Source: Lingula anatina (taxonomy: Eukaryota > Animalia > Brachiopoda). Taken from it: 64,000 nt of DNA. The stretch lies in contig CM120640.1 in NCBI GenBank assembly GCA_051362555.1, forward strand, positions 806,001 through 870,000. The letters run 5' to 3'. Under the pieces are notes generated by a model. That model worked only from the letters and a program-made list of their open reading frames with translations. It was not told the origin of the DNA and searched no databases. The translations under genes were made by a program, and so were the position numbers. This document shows positions 39,574 to 52,194 of this stretch, piece after piece. Each line of letters begins with the position of its first letter. Position 1 is the first letter of the stretch.

Positions 39574-39846
39574 AACCACCTGGTGTAACTGATGTACAAG
39601 TGCAAGGGTTTTCCACCTATGCCGACGTGTCTTGGAGGCCGCCTGCTCATGGAAATGTTGAGAGTTATGATATCGTATGTTGGCCATTAAACAACCCATT
39701 AGCAAAGGGAAAGTCCACTTTTCATTATTCTGCAGTCAGGGGATCAATTATTGGCCTTAAACAAGGGACCAAGTACGTCGTGGAAGTGAAATCGGTTGTA
39801 GAAGGGCGTGAAAACCAAGGTGGCGATAGGAAAACATTCTTTACAG
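39574..39846 (+). CDS. FN3-domain exon
   Basis: PPGVTDVQVQGFSTYADVSWRPP...GLKQGTKYVVEVKSV; tttttttcAG / G|GTAACG, phase 1-1. Confidence 0.9.
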
Positions 39847-39860
39847 GTAACGTGTGTTGG

Positions 39861-39912
<52 letters not shown>

Positions 39913-40185
39913 TCAATATATTCGAAAAGTAAAATTATTTGCTAGGTTTAATAATTATGTCTTTATATTGGGAGTTATCGGGAGTCACCCTAAAAGTTTT
40001 TAATGAAAAGGAGTAAAAGAGGAGAGCGTAACATTTTGTGAAATGCGTACCCAACTGCTCCATGGTAAGTTCTGAAAGAGAAATCAGTACATGGCAAGAT
40101 GTCTGTGGTACATACTCTACAAAATTATTAAAGGTGGGAAAATTTAAAAAGCGCCACATATACATGTATATATAATTCTTTCCAC

Positions 40186-40244
<59 letters not shown>

Positions 40245-41685
40245 ACAGGCCCATACCTGAAATGCCCATAATAAGGTTCAGCCTGTAACAGATCATTGCA
40301 ACCGTTTGTAAAATATTCAACGTCATTTGTAATTGCATATATGGGATTATATCCATTTCAATTCTAGGTAAATTGCTTAATTTAGGCTTTATAAGAGTTT
40401 ATAGAGTTTATTAGAGTTTATTTCACTGTAACATATGCATCCACTTGTTTTGATGAAAATGACAATATGACTACAATTTTTGTGAATATGCTATTAAAAA
40501 AAGTTTCTTTTACTACTATTACTCAATTGCCGATGAGTGCAGCACTGTCTTGTAGATCCCTCCTTGCAAAAGTGGAGGAGAGAAACTGAGCTAGTGCAAT
40601 AAGGGTTTCTTCTTCTTGACATTTCATAATTATAGTAAATTTTTCATCAGTTGTTTTTAGGCCAAAATGTGTATAGTGTTTTGTAAATACCTTATATAAT
40701 ATTGTTCGCAGGTTGTTGTGTAGTGGGCATGTGAGAAAGTGTTTTTCATCTTCAATTTTGTCTTTAGAACAGTAATGTCATATTTTTTAAGTCTGAGGCG
40801 TGTTATTGTATCTGCCTGTTTCAATGTGGAGTTTATGCCCACTGGTTAGGTTTTAGGTTTTTTTATGTACAGACACAGATGTGTCTGTACATATTGCTAT
40901 CACCTGCGTCTGTCGTCGCCGATGCCGATGCCGTCGCCATGTACTTTCCTTGTAAACACGATAAGTGGAAAGCAGTTTTACTTTTTGGCTTTATATTTAC
41001 AAAGCTGATGAATATTCATAAAACGCAGGTCAAGTTCGAAAATCAGCATGATCGGGCCATTATTGTAGAAGTTATGCTGTTTTTTCACTTTTCAGCATAT
41101 ATGCAACCTTGTAAACACATTTTAAGGAAAACCGTTAGGCCTGTTGTCATGAAACTCACAGGAGTAATCAATCTTACTAAAACGCAGGTCAAGTTCGAAA
41201 ATCAGTATGATCGGGCCACTATTTTAGTAGTTATGGGGTTTTTTCATTGTTCAGCATATATGCAACACTGTAAACACAATATAAGAAAAACAAAGTCCAA
41301 TTGTCATTAAACTCACAGGAATGGTCAGTCTTACTAAAACACAGGTTGAGTTCGAAAATCAGCATAATCGGGGCATTATTTTAGAAGTTATGCTGTTTTT
41401 TCACATTTCTTCAGATTTCCTCAGATTTAATTCTTAGGCATGTTAATAGCCTTATTATTTAAGTAATAAGATACGTAAAATTGTTTGTTTGACATTTCCT
41501 GCATCTTTACAACATTGTTAGTTGATTATGTAAAAATGATGGTAAACTTGTTATCGTGTATTGTATATTGTATGTATTGTGTAATAAAGTGTCAAAAATG
41601 GAAATAAACTCATATCATTGCAGTTTGTCAGATTCAATCATTCACTATGTTCAGAATCTCAGAATGGAAGAAATTGGACATATTA

Positions 41686-41942
41686 GGCTTCGTTCACATG
41701 CAATGTCTATTTTCTAAATTCTATTTTCTATTTGCGGCATGTCTTATGATCACGGTCTGTGCACTGAATATCCCGCCGCGTAATTACTGGCAGCGCGAGC
41801 TGGTTACTTATAGTAACTTATAGTAACTGCCTCGCGCTGCCAGTAATTACGCGGTGGGATATTCAGTGCACAGACCGTGATCATAAGATAGCGCGAATAG
41901 AAAATAGAATTTAGAAAATAGACATTGCATGTGAACGAAGCC
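41686..41942. mobile_element. PIF/Harbinger-like MITE, second copy
   Basis: Same palindrome as 3403-3664, TTA/TAA flanks; interrupts HINE-A sequence GGACATTTAACACTG. Confidence 0.85.
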
Positions 41943-43558
41943 TAACATTGTTCTATTGATATTTTTCACATCTCATCAATTTTCTTAGTTGATCTTATAA
42001 AAATGGCAGTAACCTATCAATTTTGTTTTATGTTAAAAAAGTGTTAAAAATGGAAATAAACCCATTTCAGAACAGTGCAGTCTTGTTTACATTTTGGCAT
42101 CTTTAAGGCGTGACTTTGAAGTTCCATCTGCCTAAAAACCTTTGTTAGTCACGTTTACTATTTGTCCATAATACTAATATTTTATTATTAAAAATTGATG
42201 ATCATTATGCTGTTAAACATTATGTAATATTGCATCAAAATTTGAAAAAACCTATTTTGGGCACTGCTCCCATGATGACCATTTAAGAAAAACCATGTCA
42301 CTTACTGTTCTCAAACAGTACAGTTAATATGTACAGATGTGTCTGTACATATTGCCATCACCTGCGTCTGTCGTCGCCGTCGTTGCTGTCACTGTCGCTA
42401 TCCCCGGCGCCATGCACTTTCATTGTAAACACGATAAGTGGAAGGCAGTTTTACTTTTTGGCTGTATATTTACAGAGCTGATGAATATTCATAAAATGCA
42501 GGTCAAGTTCGAAAATCAGCATGATCGGGCCATTAATGTAGAAGTTATGCTGTTTTTTTCACTTTTCAGCATATATGCAACACTGTAAACACAATATAAG
42601 AAAAACAGATAGGCCAATTGTCATTAAACTCACAGGAGTGGTCATTCCTGCTAAAAGGCAGGTTGAGTTCAAAAATCAGCATAATCGGGCCATTATTTTA
42701 AAGAAATGCAGTTTTTTCACATTTCCTCAGATTTAATTCTTAGGCATGTAAACAGTTTCATTATTGAACTAATAAAATACGTAAAAGTGTTTGTTTGGCA
42801 TTTCCTGCAATTTTACAACATTATTAGTTGATTATGTAAAAATGATGGTAAACTTGTTATCGTGTATTGTGTAATAAAGTTTCAAAAATGGAAATAAACT
42901 CATATCATTGCAGTTTGTCAGATTCAATCATTCACTATGTTCAGAATCTCAGAATGGAAGAGATTGGACATTTAACACTGCTCTGTTGATATTTTTCCCA
43001 TCTCATCAATTTTCTTAGTTTATCATATAAAAACGGCAGAAAACTGTTAATTTTGTTTTATGTTAAAATTGTTAAAAATGGAGAAAAAAAAAACATTTCA
43101 GAACAGTGCTGTCTTGTTTACATTTTGGCATTTTCAAGTTGTGACTTTGAAGTTCCATGGGCCTGAAGACCTTTGCTAGTCACATTTTCTGAATATCCAT
43201 AATACTAACATTTTATTATTAAAGTTGATGGTCATTATGCTGTTAAACATTATGTAATATTGCATCAAAATTTGAAAAAAAAACTATTTTGGGAACTGCT
43301 CCCATGATGACCATTTAAGAAAAACCATGTCATTTACTGTTCTCAAACTTACAGGAAAGAAACATGGGACTAAAATACAGCTTCAGTAGGAAATACAGTC
43401 TGTTTGGTAATTCTTACTGCCAGTTAAACAGTTATTTTGTGAAAATTTAATTTTTCACATGTTGGCATTTTCAAGGTGTGACTTTGAAGTTCCACGGTCT
43501 TGAAGACCCATGCTAGTCACATTTTCTGAAAATCCATGATACGTATATTTTATTATTA

Positions 43559-46500
43559 ACAAGGCAGCAAAGCTGTCAAATGTACAGACAAAAAGCAGGA
43601 AATAACTATGCACAAAATAGTCTACTGTCAATTCTGATGGAAAAGTACATTATGTTAAACTGCAAATTCAACATCAAATTTTAATTATGCTCAACAGGTA
43701 ATACCAATGTAAGTAAAACGTGTAACAAGCATAAGGCTTCAGGCCCATGGGAGTTCAAGTTCACACTTTGAAAATGTATAACTTCCAGAAAAAGAAGCCA
43801 ATTAGACTACTTTTCCAACTCAGGCTGCATTTTAGTCCTGCATTTCTTTTTTGAACATTTGGCAATCATAAGTAACATGGTTTTCCCATAATGGTCATCA
43901 TGGCAGCAGCACCCATAATTGTTTTCTTCTATTCTGATGCAATATTACATATTGGTTAACAGCATAATGACCGTCAATTTTTAATAATAAAATATACGTA
44001 TCATGGATTTTCAGAAAATGTGACTAGCATGGGTCTTCAAGCATGTAGAACTTCAAAGTCACACCTTGAAAATGCCAATATGTGAAATATGCTGAAAAGT
44101 GAAAAAAAGCATGACTTCTACAATAATGGCCCGATCATGCTGATTTTCGAACTTGACCTGCATTTAATGAATATTCATCAGCTCTGTAAATATAAAGCCA
44201 AAAAGTAAAAACTGCCTTCCACTTATCATGTTTACAATGAAAGTGCAAGGCGCCGGTGACGGCACTGACGGCGACGACAGACAAAGGTGATGGCAATATG
44301 TACAGACACATCTGTACATATTTACTGTACTGTTTGAGAACAGTAAGTGACATGGTTTTTCTTAAATGGTCATCATGGGAGCAGTGCCCAAAGTAGGTTT
44401 TTTTCAAATTTTGATGCAATATTACATAATGCTTAACAGCATAATGACCATCAATTTTTATGTACAGACACAGATGTGTCTGTACATATTGCCATCACCT
44501 GCGTCTGTCGTCGCCGATGCCGTCGCCGATGCCGATGCCGATGCCGATGCCGATGCCGATGCCGTCGCCGATGCCGTGCACTTTCCTTGTAAACACGATA
44601 AGTGGAGGACAGTTTTACTTTTTGGCTTTATATTTACAGAGCTGATGAATATTTATAAAACGCAGGTCAAGTTCGAAAATCAGCATGATCGGGCCATTAT
44701 TGTAGAACTTATGCTGTTTTTTCACTTTTCAGCATATATGCAACCCTGTAAACACATTTTAAGGAACACCGTTAGGCCTGTTGTCATGAAACTCACAGGA
44801 GTAATCAATCTTACTAAAACGCAGGTCAAGTTCGAAAATCGGCATGATCGGGCCATTACTTTAGAAGTTATGCTGTTTTTTCACATTTCCTCAGATTCAA
44901 TTCTTAGGCATGTTAACAGTCTTATTATTTTACTAATAAGATACATAAAAGTGTTTGTTTGACATTTCCTGAATCTTTACAAAATTGTTAGTTGATTATG
45001 TAAAAATGATGGTAAACTTGTTATCGTGTATTGTGTAATAAAGTGTCAAAAATGGAAATAAACTCATATCATTGCAGTTTGTCAGATGCAATCATTCACT
45101 ATGTTCAGAATCTCAGGATGGAGGAAATTGGACATTTAACACTGTTGTATTGATATTTTTCCCATCTCATCAATTTTCTTAGTTGATCGTATAAAAATGG
45201 CAGTAACCTGTTAATTTTGTTTATGTTAAAAAAATTGTTAAAAATGGAAAAAAAACATTTCAGAACAGTGCTGTCTTGTTTACATTTTGGCATTTTCAAG
45301 TTGTGACTTTGAAGTTCCATGGGCCTGAAGACCTTTGCTAGTCACATTTTCTGAATATCCATGATACTAATATTTTATTATTAAAAATTGATGGTCATTA
45401 AGCTGTTTAACATTATGTAATATTGCATCAAAATTTGAAAAAAACTTATTTTGGGCACTGCTCCCATGATGACCATTTAAGAAAAACCATGTCACTTACT
45501 GTTCTCAAACAGTACAGTAAATATGTACAGATGTGTCTGTACATATTGCCATCACCTGCGTCTGTCGTGGCTGGCGTTGCCGTCACTGTCACTGTCACTG
45601 TCGCCGTGCACTTTCATTGTAAACGCGATAAGTGGAAGGCAGTTTTACTTTTTGGCTGTATATTTACAGAGCTGATGAATATCCATAAAACGCAGGTCAA
45701 GTCCGAAAATCAGCATGATCGGGCCATTATTGTAGAACTTATGCTGTTTTTTCACTTTTCAGCATATATGCAACACTGTAAACACATTTCAAGGAAAACC
45801 GTTAGGCCTGTTGTCATGAAACTCATAGGAGTAATCAATCTTACTATAACGCAGGTCAAGTTAGAAAATAGGCATGATCGGGCCACTATTTTAGTTATGC
45901 TTTTTTTTTTCACTTTTCAGCATATATGCAACACTGTAAACACAAAATAAGAAAAACAGATAGGCCAATTGTCAGTAAACTCACAGGAGTGGTCATTCCT
46001 GCTAAAACGCAGGTTGAGTTTAAAAATCAGCTTAATTGGGCCATTATTTTGAAGAAATGCTGTTTTTTCACATTTCCTCAGATTTAATTCTTAGGCATGT
46101 TAACATGCATGTTTCATTATTTAATTAGTAAGATAAGTAAAAGTGTTTGTTTGGCATTTCCTGCATCTTTACAACATATGTAAAAATGATGGTAAACTTG
46201 TTATCTTGTATTGTGTAATAAAGTTTCAAAAAATGGAAATAAACTCATATCATTGCAGTTTGTCAGATTCAATCATTGACATTCACTATGTTCAGAATCT
46301 CAGAATGGAAGAAATTGGACATTTAACACTGCTCTATTGATATTTTTCCCATCTCATCAATTTTTTTAGTTGATCATATAAAAACGGCAGTAAACTGTTA
46401 ATTTTGTTTTATGTTAAAAATTGTTAAAAATGGAAAAAAAAAAAATCAGAACAGTGCTGTCTTGTTTACATTTTGGCATTTTCAAGTTGTGACTTTGAAG

Positions 46501-49034
46501 TTCCATGGGCCTGAAGACCTTTGCTAGTAACATTTTCTGAATATCCATAATACTCATCATTATGCTGTTAAACATTATGTAATATTGCATCAAAATTTGA
46601 AAAAAAAAAAACTATTTTGGGCACTGCCCCCATGATGACCATTTAAGAAAAACCATGTCACTTACTGTTCTCAAACTTACAGGAAAGAAACATGGGACTA
46701 AAATACAGCTTCAGTAGGCAATGCAGTCTGTTTGGTAATTCTTACTGCCAGTTAAACAGTTTTTTTGTGAAAATTTAATTTTTCACATATTGGCATTTTC
46801 AAGGTGTAACTTTGAAGTTCCACGGGCTTGAAGACCCATGCTAGTCACATTTTCTGAAAATCCATGTATATTTTATTATTAAAAATTGACGGTCATTATG
46901 CTGTTAACCATTATGTAATATTGCATCAGAATAGAAGAAAACACAATTTTGGGTGCTGCTTGAGCATAATTAAAATTTGATGTTGAATTTGCAGTTTAAC
47001 ATAATGTACTTTTGCATCAGAATTGACAGTAGCCTATTTTGTGCATAGTTATTTCCTGTTTTTTGTCTGTACATTTGACAGCTTTGCTGCCTTGTTAATA
47101 ATAAAATATTAGTATCATGGATATTCAGAAAATGTGACTAGCAAAGGTCTTCAGGCCCATGGAACTTCAAAGTCACAACTTGAAAATGCCAAAATGTAAA
47201 CAAGACAGCACTGTTCTAAATTGTTTTTTTTTTTTCCATTTTTAACAATTTTTAACATAAAACAAAATTAACAGCTTACTGCCATTTTTATATGATCAAC
47301 TAAGAAAATTGATGAGATGGGAAAAATATCAATAGAGCAGTGTTAAATGTCAAATTTCTTCCATTCTGAGATTCTGAACATAGTGAATGATTGAATCTGA
47401 CAAACTGCAATGATATGAGTTTATTTCCATTTTTGAAACTTTATTACACAATACACGATAACAAATTAACCATCATTTTTACAAAATCAACTAACAATGT
47501 TGTAAAGATGCAGGAAATGTCAAACAAACATTTTTAATATCTTATTAATTAAATAATGAAACTGTTAACATGCCTAAGAATTGAATCTGAGGAAATGTGA
47601 AAAAACAACATAACTTCTAAAATAAAGGCCCGATTATGCTGATTTTTTAACTCAACCTGCGTTTTAGTAGGATTGACCACTCCTGTGAGTTTAATGACAA
47701 TTGGCCTATCTGTTTTTCGTATATTGTGTTTACAGTGTTGCATATATGCTGAAAAGTGAAAAAAAAGCATAACTACTAAAATAGTGGCCTGATCATGCCG
47801 ATTTTCGAACTTGACCTGCGTTTTAGTAAGATAGATTACTCCTGTGAGTTTCATGACAACAGGCCTATCGGTTTTCCTTGGAATGTGTTTACAGTGTTGC
47901 ATATATGCTGAGAAATGAAAAAAAAAAAGCATAACTTCTACAATAATGGCCCGATCATGCTGATTTTCGAACTTGACCTGTGTTTTATGAATATTCATCA
48001 GCTCTGTAAATATAAAGCCAAAAAGTAAAACTGCCTTCCACTTATCGTGTTTACAATGAAAGTGCACGGCGCCGGCGACGGTGATGACGGAGACGACAGA
48101 CGCAGGTGATGGCAATATGTACAGACACATCTATATATATATATATTTACTGTGCTGTTTGAGAACAGTAAGTGGCATGGTTTTTCTTAAATGGTCATCA
48201 TGGGAGCAGTGCCCAAAATAGGTTTTTTTCAAATTTTGATGCAATATTACATAATGTTTAACAGCATAATGACCATCAATTTTTAATAATAAAATATTAG
48301 TATCATGGATATTCAGAAAATGTGACTAGCAAAGGTCTTCAGGCCCATGGAACTTCAAAGTCACAACTTGAAAATGCCAAAATGTAAACAAGACAGCAGT
48401 GTTCTGAAATGTTTTTTTTTTTCTCCATTTTTAACAATTTTTAACATAAAACAAAATTAACAGTTTACTGCCATTTTTATATGATCAACTAAGAAAATTG
48501 ATGAGATGGGAAAAATATCAATAAAGCAGTGTTAAATGTCCAATTTCTTCCATTCTGAGATTCTGAACATAGTGAATGATTGAACCTGAGAAACTGCAAT
48601 GATATGAGTTTATTTCCATTTTTGAAACTTTATTACACAATACACGATGACAAGTTTACCATCATTTTTACATAATCAACTAACAATGTTGTAAAGATGC
48701 AGGAAATGTCAAACAAAAACTTTTACGTATCTTATTAGTTTAATAATGAGACTGTTAACACGCCTAAGATTGAATCTGAGGAAATGTGAAAAATATGCTG
48801 AAAAGTGAAAAAACAGCATAACTTCTACAATAATGGCCCGATCATGCTGATTTTTGAACTTGACCTGCATTTTATGAATATTCATCAGCTCTGTAAATAT
48901 AAAGCCAAAAAGTAAAACTGCCCTCCACTTATCGTGTTTACAAGGAAAGTGCACGGCGACGGCATCGGCGACGGCGACGGCGACGACAGACGCAGGTGAT
49001 GGCAATATGTGCAGACACATCTGTGTCTGTACAT
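43559..49034 (-). mobile_element. HINE-A composite copy, reverse orientation, nested
   Basis: Reverse 3' end at 43559, reverse head ending at 49034; flanks rejoin to ATTATTAAAAATTGA. Confidence 0.8.
44460..47095 (+). mobile_element. HINE-A composite copy nested at third level
   Basis: Head at 44460 with (GCCGAT)n, 3' end at 47095; flanks rejoin to CAATTTTTAATAATAAAA. Confidence 0.8.
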
Positions 49035-49701
49035 AAAAATTGACCGTCATTATGCTGTTAACCATTATGTAATATTGCATCAGAATAGAAGAAAACACAA
49101 TTTTGGGTGCTGCTGCCATTGTGACCATTATGGGAAAACTATGTTACTTATGATTGCCAAACTTTCAAAAAAGAAATACAGGACTAAAATGCAGTCTGAG
49201 TTGGGAAAGCAGTCTAAGTGACTTCTTTTTCTTGGAGTTATACATTTTCAAAGTGTAAACTTGTTACATATTTTAATTACATTGGTATTATCTGTTGAGG
49301 ATAATTAAAATTTGATGTTGAATTTGCAGTTTAACATAATGTATTTTTGCATCAGAATTGACAGTAGCCTATTTTGTGCATAGTTATTTCCTGTTTTTTG
49401 TCTGTACATTTGACAGCTTTGCTGCCTTGTCTGTTATCAGTATCATGAAGAAGGTCTAGATATTTTTCTTTTTTAAATGTGTTTTTGAATTGGCAATATA
49501 CTCTGGATTTGGATTTGTCCTCAAGCTCACTGTGCCAGTTTTGTATGTACCCAATGATGATGCGTTCCCTGAACATACTTAGGAAATTTGTCAGGATTTT
49601 GTTATACTTACGTTAGTCAGCATTGCAATTTTATATAAAACAAAAATACACACTGTTGTGATACATCAAATTCCATTTCAAATAACCAATTTTCAACCTA
49701 G

Positions 49702-49974
49702 TTCCCTCACCACCGTGGATGAGCAATATTGATATTGCACCAGATTCAATCAAACTCAAATGGAGGAGAAGGGATGATGAACCAGATGTGACCGAATCAC
49801 TTGTCACCTATCGTCTGCCTGGTTCTACTCATGAAATAATTGAACGTGTATCTACCATAGAACCCCAGCAGCTGCTGATATCTCCGCTGAAGCCCAACAC
49901 GCATATTAAGGGCTATGTTGAACTGGTGTGCGGTGATAAAATCAGCGACAAGACACATTGGTCAGCAACAACAG
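49702..49974 (+). CDS. FN3-domain exon
   Basis: PSPPWMSNIDIAPDSIKLKW...VTY...PLKPNTHIKGYV; AG / G|GTATGT, phase 1-1. Confidence 0.87.
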
Positions 49975-50063
49975 GTATGTTACAGTATCATGTGCAGTGA
50001 GGATCCATTTGTGTTTTTAAAACAAAATAAAAAATCAAGTAAATAATGTCCTGTTATTAATTG

Positions 50064-50186
50064 TACCACCAGTGTAGGCGCTGGTGGTACACATTGTTTT
50101 AGTTCTGACCCATCTCATCTGCCAGCTCCTCCTAGACTACAGCTGCGTACCCATCTCTTGGATTTAGGTCACATATAATATCAACT
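50064..50186 (+). mobile_element. Truncated HINE-B 5' fragment
   Basis: GTACCACCAG...CTGGTGGTAC palindrome followed by CCCATCTCTTGGATTTAGGTCACATATAA, as in the 34723 copy. Confidence 0.65.
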
Positions 50187-50361
50187 CATTCCACGTAAAA
50201 CCAATCTGGGCATATTTATGTGAATAAGCGTGAGGTGGGAAAACCCAATGTTGTTTACCTTATTTATGAAAAAAATATCACTTGAATATAATACCTGAAA
50301 GTTCGTAACCAGACACCACGTTTAAATATTTTTTAATGCCACTGTGTTGATTTGTTTACAG

Positions 50362-50673
50362 TGAACATGGAATCAAATATCTTGTTCGATTTTTCAACTT
50401 CAATGGGCCCAAGCACACCAAAGGCCATAAGACTTGTCGGTAGTCCAGCTGCTGAATCAGCTGTCATTGAGTGGAAACATCCTGCAGATGTTGTGGATCA
50501 CTACCGCCTTGAATACAAAACAGACAAAGAAGAGCCTGTGACTAAAATGATACCTGGCACTGAATCGAGCTGTGAATTGACTAGTCTTATCCCTGGAACT
50601 ACGTATACCATCTCACTATGCTGCACATGCCACAAAAAAGAAAGTGAGATATACACATTTGCATTTACAACAG
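50362..50673 (+). CDS. FN3-domain exon
   Basis: GPSTPKAIRLV...SAVIEWKHP...YRLEY...SLIPGTTYTISL; tttacAG / G|GTACTA, phase 1-1. Confidence 0.88.
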
Positions 50674-50879
50674 GTACTAGTATGGCGCAGTTACATGTAT
50701 ATCGTACAAGTCTAATTCCAAAATACCTTAATTAACTTAGAAAGTATGCAATATAAATGCATGTGTTCATTTTTATAATATATAATAATATATTTATTTT
50801 GAGTCTAAACTCCATATAAATATGTTCATTAGACTTTACAAATATGTACATACAAATAACAGATAGACAACTGGTCATA

Positions 50880-51129
50880 ACACACTGTGTACACGATCTC
50901 GCCTCCCTGGGGAGGATACAGCCCTGCTGCCGTATGAGGCGCTGAGTGCTATCAAACTGACAATATCGTTCTCTGCCTGACCAGGACCCTGCTTCAACCC
51001 CAAAGTGCTGAGTGCCAAGCGGGGTGACAGCAGGTACCGTTTATAAAGGACTGGTATGTCCCCGGACGGGGTTTGAACCCACGTCCTCCCGCTCCGGAGG
51101 CGGACACTCTAACCACAAGGCCATCCGGT
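50880..51129 (-). mobile_element. tRNA-derived SINE (MetaSINE-like)
   Basis: Minus strand: A-box TGGCCTTGTGG, B-box GGTTCAAACC, then CATACCAGTCCTTTATAAACGGTACCTGCTG...CCGCTTGGCACTCAGCA resembling the Meta domain from memory; 3' boundary approximate. Confidence 0.75.
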
Positions 51130-51548
51130 TTTTATGTTTGCCTTAAAAACAATTGATGCATCAATTCTGAAAAATAGAACGAACTGCTCATAAAACACAT
51201 ATATAAGACTGCATCCTTATCATACTAGCAGGATCACGTGCTCTCTCAGTGAGGATCGATTCACGCTTAGATGTAAGCAGCTCAATAGTCTAGCCCACCC
51301 CTTGCAAAGCAGCTTAAAAAGATAATCAGCCACAAAATTTTTCTGACTTTCAATTAAAAGGGGCGTGCCAGGCATTGAAACCTATACAATTTAGTGAGAA
51401 TCCTCGAGGAGTTAGATTGATCCAGCTAGTACAATAGAGTTAAGGGAATGCTCTCTTAGACAAACAGACATACCAGTTGACTATCAAAAATTTTGAGGAG
51501 AAAGATTTTAAATGCACATTTAAATTGTTTTTTTTTTTTCAATAAAAG

Positions 51549-51830
51549 CACTTGATGTGCCCATCATCATGCCCCAGCCTGATAGCACTGCCATATCGTT
51601 ATCTTGGACCCAGTTTAAGGGAAATGCTGAAAGTTTTGAGATTACTTGCCAAAGTGAGGACAGTGAAGAGGAAACACTAAGTGTGGCACTTCCTGGCGAC
51701 ATACGCAAGCACACGTTTGAAAACCTTTCTGTAAATACAAGGTATTCTGGGGAAGTTTGGGCAAATCTTGGATCCCAAAGAAGTGAAACATCTAAATGGG
51801 AAACTGTGACTACTGCTAAACTAGCGCCAG
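51549..51830 (+). CDS. FN3-domain exon (last recognisable)
   Basis: STAISLSWTQ...FEITC...NLSVNTRYSGEVWA...RSE; poly-T...AG / CAG|GTAAAA, phase 1-1. Confidence 0.88.
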
Positions 51831-52194
51831 GTAAAATTAATTAGATATATCATTTTCAGATTTCATCAGTTTTTACCATTTAAGTGCGTTAAATTTAGAT
51901 GAATCAAACGTCTTACGTATACTTGTGCCAAGCACCTTCTCTTTGTCTGCGTTTGACCTGCGCACTATGAACATCTGGGCCCAGTTTCATAAAGGATGTT
52001 TAGCACTTACCACTGTATAAGCCTAACCGGTGGATAAATTCTTCTTACACCTTTTTGTTAACTGATGTTTAAATATTTTATCCAGTTAAACACTGGCCAG
52101 TTGCCTAACTGGCTGTTGAAACAGTACAGTGGTAATTCAGTGGACTGGATGGACTCGAAGGATCAGGAACAAGAAGTGTGGAAAACATATTATT

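Larger units (their letters stand above)
40865..49430 (+). mobile_element. HINE-A composite copy hosting nested HINE-A copies and a MITE
   Basis: Head at 40865, 3' end at 49430; collinear after removing 43559-49034. Confidence 0.78.

Noticed and set aside
51055-51129. tRNA gene on the minus strand
   Set aside because: A and B boxes are present but there is no clear acceptor stem and it runs into SINE body sequence
51977-52060. GGGCCCAGTTTCATAAAG, a possible Harbinger-type left end
   Set aside because: No matching right end found, so no element could be delimited
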